A stretch of 24,000 bases of DNA from Caloramator mitchellensis (GTDB lineage: Bacteria > Bacillota > Clostridia > Clostridiales > Caloramatoraceae): positions 194,845 to 218,844 of the forward strand of contig NZ_LKHP01000002.1 of NCBI RefSeq assembly GCF_001440545.1, given 5' to 3'. Shown piece by piece: positions 17,237 to 24,000 of this stretch. Both the position numbers and the translations under genes were made by a program. Every line of letters starts with the position of its first letter. Within the stretch, counting starts at the first letter, position 1. Under the pieces are notes generated by a model. It was not told the origin of the DNA. It searched no databases and saw only the letters and a program-made list of their open reading frames with translations.

Positions 17237-19462
17237 TCATTTTAGCTCGGTTATAATCTTAACTATTCTTTCATTCAGGCCTGAATATCTATCTGCAATC
17301 TTTTCATTTTCAATCATAAATTGAAGTGCCTGCTTCATTCCAACAAGAACAACAAGTTTTTTAGCCCTGGTCACAGCCGTATATATTAGGTTTCTTGTCA
17401 TCAGCATAGGAGGTCCGAAACTTACTGGGACGACTATGACAGGGAATTCGCTTCCTTGGCTTTTATGAATAGTAATTGCATAGGCAAGGTCAAGCTCATC
17501 AAGGCTAGTAAAATCATAGGTTACCCTTTTTTCATCGTCGAATATAACTGTTGCCTTCTGCTCTTCATTATCAATTTTTTCTATAAATCCTATATCACCA
17601 TTAAAAACCCCTATCCCCTGTCCTTCACCTTCTAATGAAACTAAGCTGGTCCATTCTATGTTATAGTTGTTTTTGGTTTGCATGACCTTGTCGCCTTCTC
17701 TAAATATTATATCCCTTACTTCCTTCTCTTCCTTCGTGCTGGATGGAGGATTCAGTATCCTTTGAAGTTCTTTGTTTAAATTAATTATGCCATTCTCCCC
17801 CTTCCGCATAGGGGATAGGACCTGTATATCCCTTAACGGGTCAAAGCCTTCTTTAAAGGAAGGCAGCCTTCTATCAACGAGGTTTAATATTTCTTCTAAT
17901 ATGTCCTGAGGATTGCTTTTTGATATAAAGAAAAAATCCTTGTCCTTCTCATTCAGATATGGCATTTCACCACTATTTATTTTATGCGCATTGATTGCAA
18001 TAAGACTCTCATTTTTTTGTCTAAATACCCTATTCAGCCTCTTTACTTTAATACCTTTGCTATCGATTATATCCCTTAAAACATTTCCAGGTCCAACTGA
18101 AGGCAGCTGGTCAACGTCCCCAACTATTATAAGCCTTTTGCCAATCGTAATTGCCTTTAAAAGGCTGTTCATCAAAAGAATATCAACCATAGAAGCCTCA
18201 TCTACTATTATTACATCCTCATCAAGTGGATTTTTTTCATCCCTTGAAAAGATTGGTCCATCATCGGATTCTAAAAATTCCATCTCAAGCAGTCTATGAA
18301 GTGTTTTAGCCTCTTCTCCTGTTGCTTCTGTTATCCTCTTTGCCGCCCTTCCAGTTGGTGCACAGAGTGCAACCTCCATTCCCTTTTTCTTGAATAGCCT
18401 TATAATGCACTTAATAATAGTTGTCTTTCCTGTTCCAGGACCTCCTGTTATTACGCAAACTCCATTTATCAGTGCTTCCTTAACAGCATCAATTTGTTCA
18501 TCAGCAAGTTTAATGCAGCTTTCCTTTTCAAACTCAGCTATTTCATTCGTTATCCATTCTTCATCCTCTTCAACCGTTTGAAGCGATAATTCTATTATTT
18601 TTCTTGCAACTTTTGTTTCTGCATTGTAGTAGGAACTTAGATAATATGCGTCAGAACCGTTTATTTTATCGTATCTTATATCCTTTGATTCCTCTAAGCT
18701 TGCAAGTTGATTTTCTATAAGCTCTGAAGGTATATTTAGTAGTTTGCTGCATTCATCTAATAGTTCAAGTTTTGGAAGGTAAACATGTCCATTTGAAATG
18801 CAGCTTGCAAGGACATATTTTATACCTGACCTTATTCTATAAACCGAAGTTAAATCAACTCCAATGTTTCTTGCAATCTTATCTGCTGTTTTAAATCCGA
18901 TACCTGAAATTTCATCCGAGAGCCTGTATGGATTTTCCTTAACGACCTTCACAGTTTCGTTTCCGTATCTTTTGTAAATTTTTATTCCAAGGTTTGTTGT
19001 TATTCCATAGCTCTGAAGAAAAATCAAAACGCTCCTTAATTCCCTCTGTTCTACAAATGATTCGGCAATCCTTTGCGCCTTTTTCTCGCCAATTCCCTCT
19101 ACTTCTGTAAGCCTTTCAGGGTTCATTTCCATTATATCAAGCGTGTCCTTGCCAAATTTTTCAACTATTCTTTTGGCAGTAACAGGACCAATCCCAGGTA
19201 TTAGACCTGATGCAAGATATTTTTCTATTCCTTCTATCGTGTTAGGCTTAATCTCTTCGTAGGTTGTAAGTTTAATCTGCTGCCCAAAGGTAGGATGAAC
19301 TACCCACTCCCCTTGAACCTTTATCCTAATGTTTTCGCTTATATAGGGCATAGTTCCAACCACAGAGATAAGGTCGTTGTCATATCTTAGCTTTATAACA
19401 GTATAGCCATTTTCTTCATTTCTAAAAATAACGCTCTCGACAGTTCCTTCAATTTCAACCAT
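17237..19462 (-). CDS. recD2: RecD2-type SF1B ATP-dependent DNA helicase
   Basis: 741 aa with N-terminal OB/HhH modules (GIGPVTAKRIVEKFG), Walker A ITGGPGTGKTT, IIVDEASMV, VGDVDQLPSVGPG and a C-terminal YAITIHKSQGSEF. Confidence 0.9.
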   Translation of the reverse strand: MVEIEGTVESVIFRNEENGYTVIKLRYDNDLISVVGTMPYISENIRIKVQGEWVVHPTFGQQIKLTTYEEIKPNTIEGIEKYLASGLIPGIGPVTAKRIVEKFGKDTLDIMEMNPERLTEVEGIGEKKAQRIAESFVEQRELRSVLIFLQSYGITTNLGIKIYKRYGNETVKVVKENPYRLSDEISGIGFKTADKIARNIGVDLTSVYRIRSGIKYVLASCISNGHVYLPKLELLDECSKLLNIPSELIENQLASLEESKDIRYDKINGSDAYYLSSYYNAETKVARKIIELSLQTVEEDEEWITNEIAEFEKESCIKLADEQIDAVKEALINGVCVITGGPGTGKTTIIKCIIRLFKKKGMEVALCAPTGRAAKRITEATGEEAKTLHRLLEMEFLESDDGPIFSRDEKNPLDEDVIIVDEASMVDILLMNSLLKAITIGKRLIIVGDVDQLPSVGPGNVLRDIIDSKGIKVKRLNRVFRQKNESLIAINAHKINSGEMPYLNEKDKDFFFISKSNPQDILEEILNLVDRRLPSFKEGFDPLRDIQVLSPMRKGENGIINLNKELQRILNPPSSTKEEKEVRDIIFREGDKVMQTKNNYNIEWTSLVSLEGEGQGIGVFNGDIGFIEKIDNEEQKATVIFDDEKRVTYDFTSLDELDLAYAITIHKSQGSEFPVIVVPVSFGPPMLMTRNLIYTAVTRAKKLVVLVGMKQALQFMIENEKIADRYSGLNERIVKIITELK

Positions 19463-19470
19463 AGCATCAC

Positions 19471-19989
19471 CTATTCTAATAACTTTTTGATATCGTAAAT
19501 CTCCCTTAAAAGTAAATATACGTCTTCTTTAGTTGCAGGAAGTTTAAGGTCAAAGTTTACGCATAAATCACTTGATTTAATCTCCCTTTTTAAGATTCTT
19601 ACCAAATTTGTTCTTTTCAAAACAGCCCTTTGGCTTTCTATATAATATATTTTTTGTCCATCCTTTAAAACTATATGTCCCTCTTCTATTTTATCAATAA
19701 AATTGAAATTAATATAGCCATAAACTTCATCTCTTGAAACTTTTGGTTTTCTAATTTTAATTGGAAACATTATTTCATCTTTACTAAATAATAGAGGAAT
19801 AATATTGCTTTGCCCAACAGTTTTTCTGCTTTTTCTTTTAACTTCTTTAAAATCCAGCATCCTTTCCCTGCATATATTTTTCAATACCTGATTTATCTTA
19901 ATTTCATACATTTTTTCAACACCATCCTCTTTTACTATGCATCCATCGCCTATGTTTTTCATATATTGAGGTATAACATACAATAACAT
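19471..19989 (-). CDS. Small protein with weak ComK-family resemblance (tentative)
   Basis: 172 aa with RBS GGGGTGGGAA. The blocks IIPLLFSKDEIMFPIK, YGYINFNFIDKIE and IVLKDGQKIYYIESQRAVLKRTNLVRIL align loosely with ComK blocks as I recall them. It is the first gene of the recD2-comF operon. Confidence 0.4.
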   Translation of the reverse strand: MLLYVIPQYMKNIGDGCIVKEDGVEKMYEIKINQVLKNICRERMLDFKEVKRKSRKTVGQSNIIPLLFSKDEIMFPIKIRKPKVSRDEVYGYINFNFIDKIEEGHIVLKDGQKIYYIESQRAVLKRTNLVRILKREIKSSDLCVNFDLKLPATKEDVYLLLREIYDIKKLLE

Positions 19990-20019
19990 ATTCCCACCCC
20001 TTCCATTATCTTACACAAA

Positions 20020-20049
20020 ATTATAATACGAACATGTGTTCGGTGTCAA
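20020..20049 (-). promoter_or_regulatory. Strong sigma-A-type promoter for the comK-like/recD2/comF operon
   Basis: The minus strand reads TTGACA (20049-20044), an 18-nt spacer, then TATAAT (20025-20020). The start codon is about 30 nt downstream. Confidence 0.55.
20029..20042. promoter_or_regulatory. LexA/DinR SOS box (Cheo box) inside the promoter spacer
   Basis: CGAACATGTGTTCG is a perfect CGAAC-N4-GTTCG palindrome, lying between the -35 and -10 elements above. Confidence 0.6.
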
Positions 20050-20127
20050 ATCCATAAAATTAATTTTTCAGGGTGGCTAAAACTTAATTTTTTGTTATAA
20101 TCTTTATTAGGGGACGGGGGTGTTAAT

Positions 20128-21345
20128 TTGACAAGATTTAAGAATAACTATTTTCTCAATAATTTAAATGGAGTTTTGCAAATAATTGCAGTTAATTTAG
20201 CCACGGGATTTGCTGGATTGTTTTTGAAGCGATTAAACGCAGGGGATGAGCTTGTATCGCTTTTTAATTCTCTGCCTGCCTTTTTCAGCATACTGGCTAT
20301 TTTTATCGGTGGAATGGTTTTAAGCTCGACAAAAAATAAAAAAAAGGCAACCTCATATGCCTTTTTAACCACAAGGTCATTTTATCTTCTAATGGCGCTT
20401 GTTCCATTTCTAAATCAAAATTATAGGGCGCTTTTGTTTGTAATTTTATACAGTGCAATGAGCTTTCCTAACTCAATTGCTGTTTTCCTATGGCAATCCT
20501 TCATAGCAGATATATTCCCACCTGGAGAAAGGGAACAGAGCCTATCATCAAGAAATAGCATTGCAACAATTGCAGGAACAGCTACTACCCTTATTGCCGG
20601 ATTTTTGCTATCTTCTCTTTCCAAATCAAAATCCCAGCTCATTAGCTTTTACCAGGTTGTATTTATAATCGCATTTATATTTGGAATTATAGAGGTTTTT
20701 ACCCTTTTAATGCACAGAGATAGCAAGCACTCGCAGTTTGCAGAAATTTCAACCGAACAAAACAGGATTTCAATTGACTTTATTAAAAATCTTAAGCATC
20801 AAAGAGAATATCTTATATTTATAATAAGCGTCATTATATTCCATTTCACATGGCAAATGGCATGGCCATTATTTTTAACCTACGAAGTCGATTATCTTCA
20901 TACAAATGAATTTTGGACTTCTATTATTTCGACTATAAACGGACTTGCAATGGCATTTGGATATAGATTCTGGGGACGGTTCTCAAGAAATAAGGGAAAT
21001 TCAATTGCTCTAACTATATCTGCAATCGGTATTTCACTTGCACCATTTTTATATTCAATCTCTACTAAGATTTACCATGTAACATATTTTGTAGCAATTA
21101 CAGGCTTTAGTGTCTCAGGAGTTCTGCTTCTTCTTATAAACTCACTCTACGAAGTTGCTCCAAGGGAAAACAGAACCTCCTACATCGCCTTTTACAACCT
21201 GGTTACAAACATAACCCTTTTTATTTCTCCTTGGATTGGGATGCAACTTTCCCATATTACATCCATCAAAACCGCTTTCATTATAGTAGGCTTTTTAAGA
21301 ATACTCTCTGGCTTAGTATTCCTCCACCGCCACAAAATCACCTAG
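20128..21345 (+). CDS. MFS-family transporter
   Basis: 405 aa and about 12 TM helices. TTG start after GGGGGTG. The candidate promoter has an extended -10, TGTTATAAT (20093-20101). Confidence 0.78.
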   Translation: MTRFKNNYFLNNLNGVLQIIAVNLATGFAGLFLKRLNAGDELVSLFNSLPAFFSILAIFIGGMVLSSTKNKKKATSYAFLTTRSFYLLMALVPFLNQNYRALLFVILYSAMSFPNSIAVFLWQSFIADIFPPGEREQSLSSRNSIATIAGTATTLIAGFLLSSLSKSKSQLISFYQVVFIIAFIFGIIEVFTLLMHRDSKHSQFAEISTEQNRISIDFIKNLKHQREYLIFIISVIIFHFTWQMAWPLFLTYEVDYLHTNEFWTSIISTINGLAMAFGYRFWGRFSRNKGNSIALTISAIGISLAPFLYSISTKIYHVTYFVAITGFSVSGVLLLLINSLYEVAPRENRTSYIAFYNLVTNITLFISPWIGMQLSHITSIKTAFIIVGFLRILSGLVFLHRHKIT

Positions 21346-21361
21346 GGACGGTTCTCAATTT
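21343..21361 (+). repeat. 19-mer TAGGGACGGTTCTCAATTT, copy 1 (includes the MFS stop codon)
   Basis: Exact match to copies 2 and 3. A 20th base (T) is also shared with copy 3. Confidence 0.95.
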
Positions 21362-21369
21362 TATCTTCT

Positions 21370-21388
21370 TAGGGACGGTTCTCAATTT
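21370..21388 (+). repeat. 19-mer TAGGGACGGTTCTCAATTT, copy 2 (direct, 27-bp period)
   Basis: Exact match, read directly from the sequence. Confidence 0.95.
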
Positions 21389-21410
21389 ATTTTAATCCAC
21401 GAAAATTTCG

Positions 21411-21443
21411 ACAAAACAAAAGCTCAAGGCATTTGCCCTGAGC
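21411..21443 (-). terminator. Intrinsic terminator after the yvrJ-like gene. It may also serve the convergent MFS gene.
   Basis: The minus strand reads GCTCAGGGC-AAAT-GCCTTGAGC (one G-U pair) followed by TTTTGTTTTGT. Confidence 0.6.
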
Positions 21444-21444
21444 T

Positions 21445-21579
21445 TTAATTCTTAAATCCTTCAATTGTTCTTGATAGCTCATTTATGCTATCCGTTAATT
21501 TTTCCAATTTACCCTCAACCCTTACAAGAAGGTAAATCGATAAAACTATAGGAAATCCAAAATTAGCTATCTGATTCAT
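21445..21579 (-). CDS. YvrJ-family small membrane protein (44 aa), not in the ORF track
   Basis: Own translation: MNQIANFGFPIVLSIYLLVRVEGKLEKLTDSINELSRTIEGFKN. It has one hydrophobic helix followed by a charged helix, as in YvrJ proteins. It sits last in the DUF1659-DUF2922 operon, the usual partner arrangement. Confidence 0.6.
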   Translation of the reverse strand: MNQIANFGFPIVLSIYLLVRVEGKLEKLTDSINELSRTIEGFKN

Positions 21580-21602
21580 TATGGTGTCCACTCAATCACC
21601 TT

Positions 21603-21818
21603 CTATCTTACGTTAAATTCAGTAACATCCCTTGCAACAACATTAGCACTCATTGCTGCAATTAAATCTCCTCCTGTTGTTTCAAATATATTCTTTGAAA
21701 TTATAAGCTGCATAAGGCTTCGTATCTCTTCAACTGTAATTCCATCCTTTACATAAGGTATGTTAACGGATACGTTCTTTCCTGCCTGGTTTTGAAAAAC
21801 CATTTGAAGAGTCTTCAA
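21603..21818 (-). CDS. DUF2922-family small protein
   Basis: KTLQMVFQNQAGKNVSVNIPYVKDGITVEEIRSLMQLIISKNIFETTGGDL is typical of DUF2922. The likely start is TTG at 21818, 8 nt after GGAGG. The listed GTG at 21827 lies inside the SD. Confidence 0.7.
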   Translation of the reverse strand: MKTLQMVFQNQAGKNVSVNIPYVKDGITVEEIRSLMQLIISKNIFETTGGDLIAAMSANVVARDVTEFNVR

Positions 21819-21850
21819 TCTACTCACCTCCCACTTAGATTAAATTTAAA

Positions 21851-22075
21851 TTATAGATTTACAAGCTCTGCAAAATCCTGTCTTATAACGTTGTTAAGTG
21901 GTCCTTCTAAAATCCCTGCTAACGCTTGCGTTATTGCAAACACATCATCATTTGTAGCGTTGGCCTTAACTTTTCTTAAAGTTATAGCTCTTTCGATGTC
22001 GCTTCCGTTCTGGTCAACTCCAATTTTAACTCTTAAAACTACATTTGAAGTAAGTTGTAATGCACTAACTGCCAT
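21851..22075 (-). CDS. DUF1659-family small protein
   Basis: MAVSALQLTSNVVLRVKIGVDQNGSDIERAITLRKVKANATNDDVFAITQALAGIL... The start at Met8 of the listed ORF has RBS AAAGGGGGTGA. Confidence 0.7.
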   Translation of the reverse strand: MAVSALQLTSNVVLRVKIGVDQNGSDIERAITLRKVKANATNDDVFAITQALAGILEGPLNNVIRQDFAELVNL

Positions 22076-22150
22076 TCTCTCACCCCCTTTCACCATATAA
22101 ATAGGGGGTAGAAAATAATATTACACATTTAAATTGTTGCAGATGTAAAA

Positions 22151-22169
22151 AAATTGAGAACCGTCCCTA
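22151..22169 (-). repeat. 19-mer TAGGGACGGTTCTCAATTT, copy 3 (inverted)
   Basis: The plus strand reads aaattgagaaccgtcccta, the exact reverse complement of copies 1 and 2. It abuts the T-tract of the metK terminator. Confidence 0.95.
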
Positions 22170-22202
22170 AAAAAAAATAAGCCGCCTCATATGAGGCAGC
22201 TT
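22169..22202 (-). terminator. Intrinsic terminator after metK
   Basis: The minus strand reads AAGCTGCCTCA-TA-TGAGGCGGCTT (11 bp, one G-U pair) followed by ATTTTTTTTT. Confidence 0.75.
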
Positions 22203-22204
22203 AT

Positions 22205-23392
22205 TTACATTTCAGCTACTGCTTTTTTGATTTCTTCAACTTTGTCTAATCTTTCCCATGGAAGGTCAAGGTCTGTTCTTCCAAAGTGGCCATATGCTGC
22301 AACTTGTCTGTAGATTGGTCTTCTTAAGTTAAGATTCTTTATTATTGCAGCTGGTCTTAAGTCGAATACCTTGTTTACTATGTCAACAATCTTATCATCA
22401 GGAAGTTTTCCTGTTCCAAATGTTTCAACTTCTATTGAAACTGGTCTTGCAACACCTATAGCGTATGCAATTTCAATTTCAAGTTTTTCTGCTAGTCCTG
22501 CTGCTACAAGGTTTTTAGCAACCCATCTTGCTGCATAAGCTGCTGAACGGTCAACCTTTGTTGGGTCCTTTCCTGAGAAGGCGCCACCGCCGTGTCTTCC
22601 GTATCCGCCGTATGTGTCAACTATTATCTTTCTTCCAGTTAAACCTGAGTCTCCGTGTGGTCCTCCAACAACAAATCTTCCTGTTGGGTTTATTAAGTAT
22701 CTTGTGTTTTCATCTAAAAGATTAGCAGGAACAACCTTTCTTATAACATGTTCAATCATGTCTCTTTCGATTTGTTCCCTTGTAACCTCTGGGCTATGTT
22801 GTGTTGAAATAACTATAGTGTCAACTCTAACTGGCTTATCATCATGGTATTCAACAGTTACTTGAGTTTTTCCATCTGGTCTTAAGTAATCAACTGTTCC
22901 ATTCTTCCTAACTTCTGAAAGTCTTCTTGATAGTTTGTGTGCAAGTGCAATAGGAAGTGGCATAAATTCTGGTGTTTCAGTGCAAGCAAATCCAAACATC
23001 ATGCCTTGGTCTCCAGCACCTATTGCTTCAATAGCATCCATCTCTCCCTTTTTTGCTTCTAGAGCCTTATCAACACCCATAGCTATATCAGGTGATTGTT
23101 CATCTATAGCTGTTAAAACTGCACATGTGTCAGCATCGAATCCATATTTAGCTCTTGTATATCCTATTTCTTCTACTGTCTTTCTAACTATTTTTGGAAT
23201 GTCTACATAACATTTAGTTGAGATTTCTCCCATAACTAAAACCATACCTGTTGTAACGGCTGTTTCACAAGCAACTCTTGCCTCTGGGTCTTCTGCTAAA
23301 ATAGCATCAAGAACTGCGTCTGAAATCTGGTCGCAAATCTTATCTGGATGTCCTTCTGTAACTGATTCTGATGTAAATAATCTTTTTACCAT
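22205..23392 (-). CDS. metK: S-adenosylmethionine synthetase
   Basis: 395 aa with [32 protein letters not shown] and [22 protein letters not shown] is AAGGAGG. Confidence 0.97.
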   Translation of the reverse strand: MVKRLFTSESVTEGHPDKICDQISDAVLDAILAEDPEARVACETAVTTGMVLVMGEISTKCYVDIPKIVRKTVEEIGYTRAKYGFDADTCAVLTAIDEQSPDIAMGVDKALEAKKGEMDAIEAIGAGDQGMMFGFACTETPEFMPLPIALAHKLSRRLSEVRKNGTVDYLRPDGKTQVTVEYHDDKPVRVDTIVISTQHSPEVTREQIERDMIEHVIRKVVPANLLDENTRYLINPTGRFVVGGPHGDSGLTGRKIIVDTYGGYGRHGGGAFSGKDPTKVDRSAAYAARWVAKNLVAAGLAEKLEIEIAYAIGVARPVSIEVETFGTGKLPDDKIVDIVNKVFDLRPAAIIKNLNLRRPIYRQVAAYGHFGRTDLDLPWERLDKVEEIKKAVAEM

Positions 23393-23510
23393 TTTGAAAC
23401 CTCCTTCTTTATGTTATTGTTTATATAAAGGTAACTGTTGTTACCGGATTAATATAAGTTTACATTATTATATTTCTCTAAAATCGATATGTATATTACT
23501 TTTTTACATT

Positions 23511-23650
23511 AAAAAAACCCCTTCTGACAAGAAGAGGCACAATTTCTATCCTCATCTCCCAGAATGTAATCATTCTGCAGGAATTGGCACCTTGCATTAT
23601 GCAGGTTGCCGGGTTTCATTGGGCCCGTCCCTCCACCTCTCTGGATAAGT
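23511..23650 (-). promoter_or_regulatory. SAM-I riboswitch (S-box) with intrinsic terminator in the metK leader
   Basis: The minus strand reads CTTATCCAGAGAGGTGGAGGGACGGGCCCAATGAAACCCGGCAACCTGCA...TGCAAGGTGCCAATTCCTGCAGA...GGGAGATGAGGA, which carries the S-box core blocks. A terminator follows: CCTCTTC-TTGTCA-GAAGGGG plus TTTTTTT (23511-23537). Confidence 0.9.
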
Positions 23651-23686
23651 TTTACTTATCATATTCTGTTTTCTTGACAATAAAAG

Positions 23687-23715
23687 ATAATAGCACAATA
23701 GTATGTCGATGTCAA
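23687..23715 (-). promoter_or_regulatory. Sigma-A promoter for the S-box-metK transcript
   Basis: The minus strand reads TTGACA (23715-23710), 17 nt, then TGC-TATTAT (extended -10, hexamer 23692-23687). Confidence 0.5.
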
Positions 23716-23727
23716 TACAAATTTACA

Positions 23728-23756
23728 AAATAAAAAAGACGCAATTTGCGTCTTTT
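23728..23756 (-). terminator. Intrinsic terminator after the tRNA cluster
   Basis: The minus strand reads AGACGCA-AAT-TGCGTCT followed by TTTTTTATTTTG, immediately 3' of tRNA-Tyr. Confidence 0.65.
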
Positions 23757-23842
23757 TGGTGGAGCGGGGTGGATTCGAACCACCGAAGGCGTCTGCCAAC
23801 AGATTTACAGTCTGCCCCCTTTGGCCACTCGGGAACCACTCC
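23757..23842 (-). tRNA. tRNA-Tyr (GTA), class II with long variable arm, CCA encoded
   Basis: GGAGTGGTTCCCGAGTGGCCAAAGGGGGCAGACTGTAAATCTGTTGGCAGACGCCTTCGGTGGTTCGAATCCACCCCGCTCCACCA folds manually as a cloverleaf. Confidence 0.92.
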
Positions 23843-23845
23843 ATG

Positions 23846-23921
23846 TGGAGCCGGCTATAGGACTTGAACCTACAACCTACTGATTACAAGTCAGTTGCTC
23901 TACCGGTTGAGCTAAGCCGGC
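23846..23921 (-). tRNA. tRNA-Thr (TGT), CCA encoded
   Basis: GCCGGCTTAGCTCAACCGGTAGAGCAACTGACTTGTAATCAGTAGGTTGTAGGTTCAAGTCCTATAGCCGGCTCCA. The acceptor, D, anticodon and T arms all pair. Confidence 0.92.
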
Positions 23922-23926
23922 GTATA

Positions 23927-24000
23927 TGGTGGGCACAATAGGGCTCGAACCTATGACCCTCTGCTTGTAAGGCAGATGCTCTCCCAGCTGAGCTATGCGC
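23927..24000 (-). tRNA. tRNA-Val (TAC), 5' end truncated by about 2 nt at the window edge
   Basis: ..GCGCATAGCTCAGCTGGGAGAGCATCTGCCTTACAAGCAGAGGGTCATAGGTTCGAGCCCTATTGTGCCCACCA. Confidence 0.85.

Noticed and set aside
15620-19989. The recD2 plus helicase-like plus PRTase-like genes read as a novel phage-defence cassette
   Set aside because: The block recD2-comFA-comFC-hpf-secA-prfB is a conserved housekeeping and competence synteny in Firmicutes. No nuclease, methylase, TIR, Sir2 or other effector domains are present. The composition is the same as in the flanking core genes.
20108-20131. TAGGGGACGGGGGTGTTAATTT upstream of the MFS gene, which resembles the 19-mer repeat
   Set aside because: Only the ends match. 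The centre differs in both sequence and length. The G-run is simply the MFS ribosome-binding site.
21407-21413. Single Spo0A-box-like heptamer (TGTCGAA on the minus strand) near the yvrJ terminator
   Set aside because: It is an isolated 7-mer in terminator-flanking DNA with no promoter context, which is consistent with chance.
1-24000. CRISPR arrays, IS elements, integrases, prophage genes, toxin-antitoxin pairs
   Set aside because: I found no regularly spaced direct repeats and no transposase or recombinase-like ORF in any frame. Apart from the 19-mer copies, no terminal repeat structures are present.

Overview
AT-rich, Clostridia-like (low-GC Firmicutes) chromosomal window made up mostly of housekeeping and signalling genes, nearly all on the minus strand. 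Left to right:
- A partial H-NOX haem-sensor/TM gene that is absent from the ORF track because it runs off the left edge. It is divergent from a tandem HD-GYP protein.
- FMN riboswitch-ribU, then a Crp/Fnr regulator.
- A tightly packed corA / GAF-GGDEF(AGDEF) / tex cluster.
- An M28 peptidase and a small membrane protein.
- A conserved block: comK-like, recD2, degenerate comFA-like, comFC, a ~209-nt GC-rich structured RNA (best explained as the raiA-motif ncRNA), hpf, secA, and prfB with its programmed +1 frameshift.
- An MFS transporter.
- A DUF1659/DUF2922/YvrJ small-protein operon bracketed by three perfect copies of a 19-mer.
- SAM-I riboswitch-metK, then tRNA Val-Thr-Tyr.

I see no CRISPR array, transposase, integrase, toxin-antitoxin pair or recognisable defence system, so I do not claim a novel multi-gene system.

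The items most worth follow-up:
1. The raiA-motif-like RNA, with an adjacent DnaA-box cluster upstream of hpf.
2. The 19-mer inverted/direct repeats bracketing the small-protein cassette.
3. A LexA (Cheo) box inside the promoter of the comK-like/recD2/comF operon.
4. A ComFA homologue lacking a P-loop.
5. A two-state hairpin switch in the corA leader.
6. An H-NOX domain with an O2-type distal pocket, next to c-di-GMP enzymes.

Several ORF-track starts are artefacts (ribU, hpf, secA, DUF1659, DUF2922). Several listed ORFs are antisense or overlie RNA genes.
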